Source: Cyanophora paradoxa CCMP329 (lineage: Eukaryota; Plantae; Glaucophyta). Taken from it: a DNA stretch of 64,000 bases. Position 1 is the first letter of the stretch, and every line of letters starts with the position of its first letter. Location of the stretch: contig QPMI01000092.1 in assembly GCA_004431415.1 (NCBI GenBank), positions 62,001 through 126,000 of the forward strand. The letters run 5' to 3'. The notes under the pieces were generated by a model. The model saw nothing but the letters and a program-made list of their open reading frames with translations. It made no database searches and was not told the origin of the DNA. This document shows, piece after piece, positions 23,124 to 35,305 of the stretch. The translations under genes and the position numbers were made by a program.

Positions 23124-26100
23124 CGTGAGATCCGTCGACGTCCTGGGATTAGTGAGATCCGTCGACGTCCTGGGATTAGTGAGGTCGTTGTATGCGATCG
23201 TGTACGTGTGCTGCCGTGTGAGCGGTCCAAGGAGGCCGTGGGGGGCGAACGCGGACGACTGCACGCGCGAGGCTAGGCTCGGCGTCCCGGCCGACGGGGT
23301 CTCCGATGGAGCTACGGACTCGGCGGTGGAGCCACCACTGTCCGAGCTGGAGTCGTCGCCGTCAGAGGTTCCCGTCGTCTCGGTCCCCGTAGGACTACGA
23401 CGCGGAGGCCTGTTACTGCCAGATGGCTTGAAGACAACACCCTGGATGTGACCGAAGCGTGCCAGTCCCGTCGGCTCGTTGGTGCGCAGATCCTTGAAGT
23501 CGGTCGACCAGACGACGAAGGGTCGGACAAAGGGCTTGCGCGCAATCCCAGGGTTCCGACGAATGTACTCGTCCGTGCCCACGAGCTTGATCTTGCCGTC
23601 GAGGCGCGGGTCCCAAATGTACGCGCGCGACTCCTCTGCCTTCGTCGTAGTGATGTAGTTCATGATGTTAGTGAAGCGCGTGCGGCCTTCGTACGGGTCG
23701 ACAGGCGCGCCGTGGGGGCCGTGACCAATGTAAATGTGGGGATCTGACGAAGGAGGCTGTCGTTGTCCGGATCGCCCAGGGAGTGACGCAGGGGGAGGAC
23801 GTCGACGATCTGTACCGCCCGGTAGGCTTCGCGGCTAGTGAACGTGATGGGCCGCCTCGTCGCCGCGTCGACGGTGGCGTGATTGTAAACGAATTGTTCC
23901 AACCAACCGTGGAGTAGCGCCCGCGCCTGCGGTTCGCGACTGAAGATGGCGGCGCCGAATTCATTGTAGAATGGATCGAATGTGAAGTTGCCATATTCGG
24001 CGTGACGGAATTGCTCGTGTATGTCGGCGTATCGCTGTTCGAAATCCATAATAGCGTTGCGCACTGCGCTCGCGTTGACGTCATAGACACTGGGACGATG
24101 CGGGTGTGACGGATCGTTCGTGGGATCGAAGTCAGCGCCCCGGACTTGGGCGTTGAGTGCGTTGATGACTCCATCCGGGAGTCGGAATGCTACGGGCCAG
24201 CAGTGGTTTCGATCCATGTCGACATCTTCGCGAGCCGCCGGGGGTGTCTCGTGCTTGATCTGGACCGCCAACCAGTCGTTGGTTGCCTTGTGCAGTAGGG
24301 ATTCGAAGGCTGTGATTAAATGTGCCGGGTCGACGCGTTCGCAGTCAGGGTACTCGACCTCGTACCATTTGTCGAGTTTGGCACTGCGCGCCACTTCGCC
24401 TGAAGCCGTGAAGCGGAAGTGCAGCTCATCCTCGTGGCTACGAACGTAGTCGATGATGATGTTCCCGAGTTCCCCGGTAGGGGCTCGAGGAAGAACGACA
24501 AGGCACCGTGCAGCTTGACTGCCGCCGCCAGGTACGCTGCGATTCCGTACACCCAAGTGTGTACCGAAAGCGGGAACCCCAGGACCTGGTGGACGACGGG
24601 GGCGTTGCAGGCGCGGTGCCCGTGGGCCCGCGACGACGCAGAGACACGACGACGCCCCAGGGCCAGTGTAGTCATTGACGGACACCGGGAAGTACTTGGG
24701 TCGGGCCGCACGGGTGCGGCCCCGCCGCCTCGTTTGGGGTTTCCTCGTGCCCGCGATGATCTGCTGCCAGGTGTTCCGGTTGTTCGCGTCGAAGATAGTG
24801 ATGTGCGAGCGGTTCTGGATCGTGTTGGGGCACCGCGGCTGGGTCCGGCCGGTGCAACGTGCGTGAATCGGACGATTCGAGGGCCGCACAGGTCAGCATT
24901 GGCCGGCGTAAGAGTCATGGGCGGCGCGTTGAGGTCGTCGGGCATGGCAATCTCGTAGAAGCATCGTTCGACATCTTGACGTGAAGCGGAGTCACGGAGG
25001 TGCGCGTGGTTGTCCTCGTCGTAGATGCAGTCGAAGTAGTCGGCATACTTGTTGGCCGGGTGGAACTCGTCGGCGGCCGTGATCAGGAACGATCGGAAGG
25101 GCAGGCCCGCGCGGTTGTGCTGGCTGAGTTCGCCATGGCCGGGAGCACCGGCGCGGTACGGGTAGGTGCCGGGGCCGACGCCGTAGCGTAGGACACGACT
25201 GAGTGCTCGCGAGAAGTTCGACCAGCGTACGTGCATCTTCATGAGGAATGGGCGCATGTACGGGACGCGCCGGAGAAATGCCTCGAGACCAGAGTCGCCG
25301 AGTTGCACGTATGGCATGTGGACCTCACCTAGGACGTGCATGTACTTCTTTGTCGTGGTGGCGGGATGAACTGGGGGTGGGTCCCGAGTCGGGATTCCCT
25401 CCAGCTCTTCGACCGGCGGCGGCTCCGGGAGCTCCTCCGGTCTGTGCCCGTCCTCCACAGTGAGCTCCTCGGTCAGATCAGCCGTCTGTCCGAACGGGGC
25501 TGGGCCTCCGAGGATGTGAGCCGCGACGGCGAAGATGTGGGCGCGTGTCGCCCATGTTCCTGGATCGTTTTGCAGTACGCTGTGGCCAGGAAGTCCGTGT
25601 TCGTGAAGAGAAGCGGTGTCATGAAGATGTGATAGGAGGTATCCCGTCCCGGATCAGTATCCAGAGGTAGGAAGTCACCTCCAGCTCGCGTCTCCTCGGG
25701 GCTGTATGTGCGCATGCCGTACGGGAGTGGGGGGCGAGGATTGTGGAGACGGATTGGGTACCAGTCGTTGATCGTTTGGGCGAATAATTCCCCGTTGATG
25801 TGATTGTTGCGCCGTCCAAAACCCGCATAGAACGTGTCGCGCTCGTTCTCCGTCGAATCAGGTCGCGGTTCCCGTCGGACCATCACGCCGCTCAGATCCG
25901 GCCACACTCCGTGCTGGTAGCCAGCGCCGTCGACGACCGTGAAGCCCTTCGCCCATTCCTCGTTGAGGAAGGCCCAGAAATAGACGTCAGGAATGTCAGC
26001 GTTCTCCGAGAGTAGCACCTCCTTGAAAGGAACAGTGTGGAGTTCGCTCAAAATTCTGGAGATGATGGAGTCGACCTCCTCGGGAGTGAGCCGGGCGGCC

Positions 26101-29100
26101 TTGCGCTCCTTCTTCTGCAACTTCTCGTCATTCGGTCGCTTCTTGCGGGGCGCTTGCGCTCTGTTCCGTAGACCATAGCGCGGGCACGAAGCCCGAAGTA
26201 CGTGTTGGAGTTCCAGAAAGTGTCCTTGCTCATGTCGTCGACAAGTCCAACGAGGGAATCCCAGTCAGGAACGCGAGGCAAGATGTCGATGCCGTCCGAC
26301 GTCCACTGTGTCAGGTATCCGTACTCGTCAACGTCGCGCTCAGGGGCCGTGGGACCGGGACGGCGAGAGGGTCGGTGACGGGTACCATCGGACTGGGGAG
26401 GACAGGGAGTAGGTGATCGCGGTAGCGCGGGTAAAGCATGCAGTAGAACAGATTCAATCGATGCTCGGCGTCCAGGAGGAAGGCCCGTGTTACCGCCAAG
26501 CGCTGGGTGGTCGTAGCCTTGCTAAGTGCAGTGTCGAGTCGAGCGACGAGGCCGAAAGCAAGCTTGCTCGCAGTACGAGTGCTTGACTCCGTCTCGAGCT
26601 TGTACGCGCGACGCATGGCCTCGAGAGTCAGCTGGAGGATATGGGAGCGCCACGCAGTTTTGCACGCCAGGAGCGCCGCCTCTTCAGGGTGCACCATTAT
26701 GTAACGGTCAGAGTTGTAATAGAGCTCGACAGCTGGCTCGGGCTGCTTCGGGGTGAAGACGGGGGCGTGCAGTCGCGATTCGAGACGGATCGGTTTGCCC
26801 TTCTTGGCGAGTTGACGCTTGTGCATGAACGTAGTGATTGACATCGCGACAACGGTGGTGTCATGTAGCTCGGCGAGCCTTGCCAGCGCAGTCGTCTCCG
26901 TGACAGACGCGGCGACGACGTTCGTGAAATTTGAGGGAGGACGCCGGAGCGGTGACGGGACAGTCCGTGCCGAAGACAGTGGTGTAGGTCGGACTCGCTG
27001 ACGGGGGCGTGCGCAGACGATGGACATCGCGTGCCGCGACCACTGCTAACTGGCTGTTCAGCCGGATCTCCTCCGCGAGCTCGGCGGTCGCCCGCTGGTT
27101 CGTAGCCGGGTTCGCGTCGGATTTCGGGTTGAAACGGGACGTGTAGTAACGGCGCAGGAAGTTGCCGGGGCCCTCGACGTCGGCTGTGATGTTGACGAGG
27201 CGGAGTACGTTCTCGACTTGCTCGGTGAGCATTGACAGCAACGGCGCGTGACTCGTCGGCCATGGACGGTCGGAGCTCGGTGCTGGGTCACGAACGTCGT
27301 AGAGGTGAGCAAATCGGCTATCCCCGTAGCGGTCGCGCGTCTCGTCCCACTTGTAATGGTCGAAGTATGCAGCGATGTCCCACGCCCGCGCCAGGGCCGT
27401 CGAACGCATCGACAAGGCGATGTCGGGCGGCGGTGAACCGTGTCGAAGCGTAGACAGATAGATGTCGTCAGGTCCTGTGAGCGGGGCCGTGAACTTGACA
27501 GTTTGGACCAGTTGCCTGATTGTTGCAAGGCGCGTCGCCGTGTTCGTGATCTTGTCGAAGTTCAAGAACCGTTCATCGCTCTCCGTCATCTCCACGTCGT
27601 AGTGCAGCGTCCGGAGATTGCGGGCAAGGTTGACAGCCACCTGAAGGATGCACGGTACGACTGGAGTCTTGGACTGGTGTACAAGAGTGAACTCTGTCGG
27701 TGTCAAACCAAACAGCTCCAGCATCTCTGGCCGTCCGAGGACATCGGCGAGCGGGTCGTTCGGGTGAGGCCACGTGGTCGCCGTCTCCCCAGGCGCGAAG
27801 GGCTGAGCCCGCGCGAGGCGCATGATGACGTGGATGACGGAGCGGAATTCGGTCAGATGTTGAAGGAGGTAGTGAGCCTGGTCACTCGGGCGAGTACCCA
27901 GCAACGGTTGCCCAGTAGGCGTGTTGCTGCGGGCAGCTGCGAGGTGCATGCAGCTCGTGAGCTCGCTGGCGGCGAAGAGGGTCGGCGTCTCAGGGGTCTT
28001 GCGCCAATCCGTCGTCGTCGTTGTGACCATGAAGCGTCGCGGCGTGTCCAGGTACGCACGCAGCTGGTTGTGCACCACGGGCTTGAGGCGAAGGATCGTC
28101 CAGGCGTGGCGGTGTCCAAGGTCGGCGGCCACGTCCTTGATCTCGGGCTCCGAGTCGCTGGACGTGTCTTCGTCGGTGTCAGGAGGACTGTCACGGTCGT
28201 CGTGAGGGCTCGGCAAGGTCGGCGTGTCGACGATGATTCCCCTCGAAACGCGCGGGTCGCCCATGGGCACGTCCTCGGTCCTCTCAGTGCCCGACGAGTC
28301 GGCAGTCGTCGAGTCAGGCATCGACGCGTCGGTCGGTGCAGTGTAGTCGGGGTGAAGTGACGGGATCGGCAGCATCGGGGGTTGGGCCGGGCTCTGCGGC
28401 GGGGCCGCCGTCACAGTCGTGGCCGGGGCTGGCGGGGCGTCGGACGGGGCCAGTAGCTCAGGCGCAGGCGACGGGGCCGTCGAGACCGCAGCCACGGCCG
28501 TGGGGGACGGGACGCTGTGCGGGGTCGTCAGCGAGGTCGCCATCGCCGGTGCGATGGGCGAAGCATCTCGAGCGGCCGTCGACGAGACCGGCGTCTCGAG
28601 AGCGGGCGTCGGGGCCACCGGAGTCGTTGTCACGGGTGCAACGGGCTGGGCGTCCGGAGTCGTCGTCGCGGGTGCAACGGGCTGGGCGTCCGGAGTGTCC
28701 GTCGACGAGGCCGTCACCTCGGGCGCAGGGGGTGGGTCGTTCCGCGGGGCCGGGGGCTCCGGGGCGTCGGTCGGCGGTGTCACCGGTGCCGTTGGGCACG
28801 TCATGTCGTCGTCGTGGTAGTGAGGGTTGCCCGGGGTCTGGGGCCGGCTGGTATGAATCGGGAGCGCGCGGCCGCGGCCCCTGACCGTTCCCCCGTGCCT
28901 CGCCGATTGGCGCGGTGGAGCCTGTGCTGCCGCAGTACGGCGACGGGCGTCCATGGTGCGGCCACGAGCAATACCACCGATTGCAGCCTGCAAGTAGGGG
29001 GCTTGCGCCGCGGCCTGCACCGGGTCCTCTCCCTTGGCAGCTTCGGCGTCGAGGCGAGCCTGCAGTTCACGTGCGAGCTGTTCGTCGGCCAGCAGCTGCG

Positions 29101-30591
29101 CGTGCTTGTCGGGCGGAGTGGTCGGGGACGGCGTTCCAGGCGTGCGGCGACGAAGGATGTCTGTCAACACGTTGTGGACTTCGAGGTACCTCGCCGAAAA
29201 CTGCGTCGGGTCCCGAAGTCGCGCGTTCTCGGCGGCGAGTCGCAAGTACTCCATGTCGACGTCGTTGGTTCGGAGAGTGAGATGCGGCTTAATCTTGTCC
29301 CGCTGTCGAGCCGGCCAGTCGTGTAGAACGGCAGCGACGTAAATCGACGCCAACTTGCGGCTCACTCCCCAGCTGCAGCGACCGTGGTCTCAGGCACCGG
29401 GTAGGGCGGAAGATCAGTTGGTGTCGGGCCGAGGCGCGTGTTCGGCTCATCGACGGGGTGCATTAACGCGTGAGCATGGTAGAACGCCGGTGCCGACAAG
29501 CAGACGGGAAGCGACGCGTTCACAGTCGTTCGCGCGAGTCGGGACGTGTCCTGCCCAGAGGTGTTGACAACTCCCGGGCGAGAATGATTGGCCGAGTGCC
29601 TATCGGTCCAGTACTCGCGTCGCGAACGCCAGGCCGGAGGGTGCTGGCACGGACGGTGAAGGGGCTGACGTCGACGTTAAGGAAGATGTCAGCGACCCGA
29701 GGCCAGTCGTCGTTCCCCGTCAAAGACGTCGTTCCCTGTGGGGTGATATCCATTAACAGACCGATAATCCGCAGGAAGAGCGTCTTCATTTCCATCGTCA
29801 CTCCGTACAGAGCGTCGAGCGTGATGTCCGCCGGTGCATCGTCAGGTCGCAGAGTACTCGGGTACGGCGTGCGCTGGCGTGAGGTTGGCGACGGTACGGG
29901 GCAATTGCGGACGAACTCCATGTACGGCGGCGTTGTGCAGAGGCGGCAGTGCTCCTGAAGCTCGACGTTAGTCATTGTCACCGTGTTGCCCGTGGTCGAG
30001 TCGATGTACTCGTAGTAGCGGTGCGCAATGCTGATCACTGATGCACGGAGCCGGTGGTTCACGATGACGGGTGAGCCATCGGGGCCGATGCTGCACGTGT
30101 GGCACGGTGCAGGCATGTCGACTGGCGACAGGAAGAGAAGAATTTGCTGTCCCCCAACACTGACCATGATCTTCTCGACCGTGCGAGAGGCGAAGACGCG
30201 GTCTCCACCCTCGCGCTCATACCTCCCCGCTGCCTGGTGGCGACGAGCGATGAGCGTGATCGAGTCTTCCGCAATGTCCATCAGCATCTCGCGCAACTTC
30301 CGGTTGCGGTTGATGGGGTCATTGTCAGCCCTGTCCTCCGACGCCTTGGGCCGCAGTACGGCGGGCGCGGGTGGAGTGGGCGTGGTCGGCGGGACGATTG
30401 GCGTCTTGTCCTCAGGGGCGAGGCCCTCTGCCGTCGCGACAGAGCTGGGTCCGGCGACGGGGTCGGTCGGAGCGTTTGCCGCGACGAAACGAGCGTAGGC
30501 GTCAGCAGCCTTTGCCGAAGTCGCGTCAGGGCCTGAGGCGAACCGTAGCTCACCCTCGCGCTCGAGAATGTAGACGAGAAGTAGGATCGTA
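23124..30591 (-). CDS. Duplicated retrotransposon polyprotein segment (copy 2)
   Basis: Same sequence as 6229-13669; ORFs 29520..30605, 26861..29365, 26311..27027, 25473..26120, 24316..25458, 23660..24889. Confidence 0.75.
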
Positions 30592-30906
30592 TGTTGTACA
30601 CCCATGGACCCCGCTTACGGCCACTTCGCTTCGCTCCGGGCCGCGGTTCCATGGGTATTTAGCGTCTTCCCCTATCTAGATCGATCTGATTTTGCCGTGC
30701 GTGTACCAAAATCGTTTTACACGTTTCCCTCTGCTATTACGTGCCGGAGGGCGTGTGCGGGGGTACCTTCGGGGTTGAAAAATAAATTTCGATTTAGCTT
30801 CGAGGAGGTAGCTAACGGGAGAGCCTTTGAGGCTGATTGTGAATTCACTTTAGGGTATGAGCTTAGGCATTCTAGTGTCCACTGAGAGGCCGCACTAGAA
30901 ATTCCC
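30592..30906 (+). repeat. Left TIR (copy B)
   Basis: Same as 13670-13984; preceded by ATCGTA at 30586-30591. Confidence 0.96.
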
Positions 30907-30972
30907 TCACCCCGACCCTTTCTCAGCTTCTAGCATAGGAGCAGTGATCGCAATTTCATTTCAGAATGTTTT

Positions 30973-32353
30973 CTACTCGTCATCACTCATATAGACTTCA
31001 GGGCCCTCCTCTGGGCTGTCTGGCTCGTTCAAGTCAACCTCCATGTCCCGAGGGATGTTCGCAGAAATGTGCGCGCGAATCATTGCAGTAGCGTCTCTGA
31101 TGTCCATTCCCTGAACGTTGAATTCGACAGGTGCCTGAGCAGCCATCGCAGCTCCATTCTGCGCTTGCATGACATGCCCTCGCACTCTGATGTTGGTCAC
31201 AACTCGGCGAAAGAATGCATTCCAAACTTCCTCGGGAACGTCTGCTTGTGGAGTTAACTGCTGTGGATTCAGTTACACGTGGAGCGATCTTACCCTGCAG
31301 CGCTGGAATATCCATTATATATGTGTTCGAAACAATGACGATATCGGTTGCGTAACACGGAACCCAGCCGTATAGAATTCGAAGTCGTTTCTTGCCCTTG
31401 TTGCACAAGTCGTTGAACATAGCGATTGCATACTCGCCATAATATTCGTCGAAGCCGAGAATAGGTTGGCCATTGAACTCATCAGTAAATTTTTCGTTGT
31501 CGCGAGGATTATTGCTGATCTTCGGCTTCCAGTAGACAGTGCCAGGCGGAAACATGTTGATAGCTGTGGTTTTACCAGAACCAGGGTCGCCACAAATGAG
31601 ATGAATTCTTGAGAAATGTAGCTTGGGCCTGGCCACAGCAAGGCATACTTCTGACAGATAGGATCTGTATCTGAACGCTCTCGATCCGAACTCGTGGATA
31701 ACTTGTTCGATTGTAGCTTGATTTTCGACGATGTATTCCGTTATTACGTGCAAGTCGGTTCGCTTCCCTCGGCAACTCAAAATTTGGCCAACCTCCTTAA
31801 AGTCGAAAATATCCGAAGTGAACGCATAATCACCCCGCATCGACAGCAGGTTAGATCGGCGACCCTGATTCGACTGATAGGGCCATCGAATGTTGAGCCC
31901 TGAGTTTATAAACATTTTGGCCACACTGCTGAGGCGGTGCTGTTTGTTGAAGTACAGGAAACCCTGGGCAAGTATTAAACTGAGAATGAAGATCAACTTT
32001 GCGGGAAATCTGATAAACCGTACCTGCAGTAACATAAACCATGGATTTTCTGGATCAATGACTGCAATGAAGCAAGCATAACGGCATTTTCGCCGTGGTT
32101 CATTCGTGTTTTTATCGATGATCGGTTCGCCCGTATCTCTGTTGACAAGAACGCCAAAACGTTCCAGAAATTCTCTATCAAGTTGAGGTCCTCCCCAAAA
32201 GTGCTCTTGAGTGTCGGGATTAAAAATGATGGGCTCACGAATCTCGAAATGGAATACGTTCGACTTGTGTGTTGATTTGCAGTTCGCGGGCGGTATCACC
32301 GGCTGAGCGAAGGCCGGTTGCGGAGGTGCAGCCATAGCCATTGATCTGCGCAT
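30973..32353 (-). CDS. CRESS-virus Rep-like SF3 helicase, introns 31964-32023 and 31242-31293; 422 aa spliced
   Basis: Removing GTACGG...CCCAG (60 nt) and GTAAGA...GCAG (52 nt) gives an uninterrupted 1269-nt frame: WFMLLQ/GFLYF and PALQ/DVPEEVWNAFFRRV. Confidence 0.88.
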
Positions 32354-33481
32354 TAGCGAATTATATTTCAGCGCCAAAAAATAATTACGATCTCAGAGCA
32401 ATTTATACGAAGGGCCCCGACTGCGCTGATATTTGCCACTTTTTTGGAATTATTTTAAAAACATTTAAGAAATTATTATTTTCTGTACCCCCCTCCGCTT
32501 CGCCCCTCCCGCTCGCTTTGGCGCGCGCGCTCGGCCTGCCGGAAAAAGTGAAGAGCGCACATCTACTCGAGCAGAGAAGTGAAGTATGTTGCAAGTGAAG
32601 ACTTTTCCGGGCACTGAGGCTTCTGGATGGCCGGGACGTAGTCAGTTTGAGAGCAGCAAAGGAGTGCACACATTTTGCAGCAGGCAGGCGACGCGCGAGA
32701 CAGCTCTCTTGCCTGTGTAGGCGCTAGTGATGATGTTGCGCGGAGCTCCCTCCTGCTTCCACCGCCGAGGTGCGCTGCAAAGACGCGGGTGCGGCTTCTG
32801 GGTACAAGATCAAGGCCTTTTGCGGGTACCAGTGTTCAAAAATTTAAACGCAACTTCATGATTTTCGCCCTTCGAAATTAATAATACTTTGGCCACGGAG
32901 ATCGCTGTGAAAGTTAATAAATATCTGTGAAATGGACATAATTATACTGGAATTGCGATAATTTTCGCATCCTAAAATACCGTTACATTTCCGAAATTGT
33001 TCTAGTTTGGGTCAGCCTTGGGAGCCTCTCAAAGCGCCGGACCGCCGCCGGTTGTTATGTTTTATTAATTATGGGAAATAATTTGGTACCGGGATGCTAG
33101 CCATTGGTTAGCAAAGTATTTGTTTGGCCCAGCCGGCGGCGCCGGCTCTCTTGCGATTTGCCGACGCTAATTCTTAATTAATTAATTCATGTGCCTAGTA
33201 GGGTAGCTCGGCTAGAACTAGGTTACTAGTAGCCTGAGTGCCAGTGACTCATGATCAGTGACGGTCGCGATCGGACAGTCCGGGAGTACTAGTGCACGTT
33301 GCCCGGCGAGTCGGTGTCACAACGGTAGTCATGTCACGATGCTACTATCATGCTAGTACTACTAGGGCTACGGTACTACGGATTCTTAGTACGGAATACG
33401 TAGCCTAACATACGGTGTGGCTCGAGCCTCGGCCCTCGGAGTGCAGGCCTAGGCCAGCGCTGTGCTGATCATCATGGCATG

Positions 33482-34487
33482 CTTGCAGGTGTCTTTGGGG
33501 CCGCATTTTTTCCACCGGTTGGTCCCCACTTCGAAGACAGATAAAAAACGGTTCATGATCAATCGGTCAACTGCGCATGCCGGCCGGACTCGGGATCTGG
33601 AGTCTGCACTGACCGGACTCTGCCACTGAGTGCAGTACTAGTTCTACGGAACTTCTACCTATACAAAAAATATTTACTGCTAATTATATATAAGGCCGCT
33701 ACTAGGCCCGCTAGTACCAGGCTACTACCAGCCAACTTGCAAGTGTCTTTAGGGCCGCATTTTTTTCACCGGTTGAGCCTCCACTTCCTAGACAGATAAA
33801 AAAAACGGTTCATGGACTAGCCTACTAACTCAGTGAGAGCCTGAGACTAGTACTACTACGGTCACCGGGTACTACAAGAAACATACAGATAACTAATTAT
33901 TATAGGTACCACTACCACCGGTAACAGCCTGGCCCGCTGGCCCACTACCGCCCACAGCCTAGTCTCTCTACTAGCTATAGCTAGCTATATAGTGCACAGA
34001 GAAGGTAGGACTAATTATTATAAAAACTTAATAGCTACATAGTGCACATGCAGAGAAGGTAGGACTAATTATTATAAAATATTAATTTTTTTGTAAATCG
34101 GCGGCCAGCGTCGGCCACGGCGGCCTAGTCTCTCTACTAGCTATATATAGTGCACACTGCACAGACAAGGTAGGACTAATTGTTTATATAATAAGACAAC
34201 ATATATATATATATGTGTGTATGTAGGCTACAGTATAGTCTGTCTTCGAAGTGGAGTCAAACGGGCGAAAAAAAAGCGGCCCTAAAGACAAACAACTTGG
34301 AGACTCCTGCGCAGCTGCGCTGCGAGCCAGCGACTGTGCATGCTGTGCTACCATTAATATTGCAGCGTTAGCAACTTGAACATCTAGGCCTAGCCTCCTA
34401 GGCTATAGCTATGTACATATATATATATATATAGTCTGTCTAGGAAGTGGAGGCTCAACCGGTGAAAAAAATGCGACCCTGAAGACA
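33482..34487. repeat. Direct/inverted repeat block in non-coding region (copy B)
   Basis: Duplicate of 16558-17563. Confidence 0.85.
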
Positions 34488-34627
34488 AGCTCCTAGCAGC
34501 TGCTAGCCGCCCGATGGCCTGCTCGGAGGAGGCTGCTCCTGCCTGGTGCACGACATTCTTTCGTCGTCCTCATTCCTAGGTCTCGCCCTCTAGATCTCGT
34601 CCGACATCAGTGAAGGCAGCTGAAGGG

Positions 34628-35207
34628 ATGGCGCGCGTCAAAGCCACACCCAAGAAGAACACTGCTGGCAAGGCTCCTAGCAAGGAGGCAGTGCTTCGGG
34701 CCGAGAATGGTCGCAAAAATGGCTCAGCTGCAGCCTCTGCGACCAAGCCCGCTCGCTACCGCCCAGGTGCGACCCTTTGCGTCTCTCACGATGCGCAAAC
34801 ACTTAACTGATGTCTGTGCGCGCTCAGGGACCGTCGCTCTGCGCGAAATCCGGAAGTACCAGAAGACCACTGACCTGCTCATTCGCAAGCTGCCATTCCA
34901 GCGGCTGGTCAGGGAGATCGCTCAGCCATTGAGTAATGACGATCTGCGCTTTCAAGCAAGCTCCATTCTCGCGATTCAGTCAGCGGCGGAGGCCTTCCTG
35001 ATCAGTCTGTTTGAGGATGCGAACCTGTGTGCCATCCACGCCAAGCGTGTGACTCTGATGGTGAAGGACATTCAGCTGGCTCGTCGCATTCGCGGAGAGA
35101 TCTCGAAGATTGAGAAGTCTCAGCCTAAGCCTGCAGCTTCGACGTCTCCGGACGTAACCCCTATTACAGCTCTCGCGGCCAATTTAGGTGATCAGCTTCA
35201 GCTGTAG
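34628..35207 (+). CDS. H3: Divergent histone H3 with intron 34767-34827, copy B
   Basis: Same as copy A. Confidence 0.96.
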
Positions 35208-35305
35208 CTGTGCAAGCCTTAAAGAAAACGTGATGATAGTTATCAATCAGAGATTGTGCGCGCTGAATTTCGAAAAAGTTTTCTGATTGTATCATTAATC
35301 GAAAC

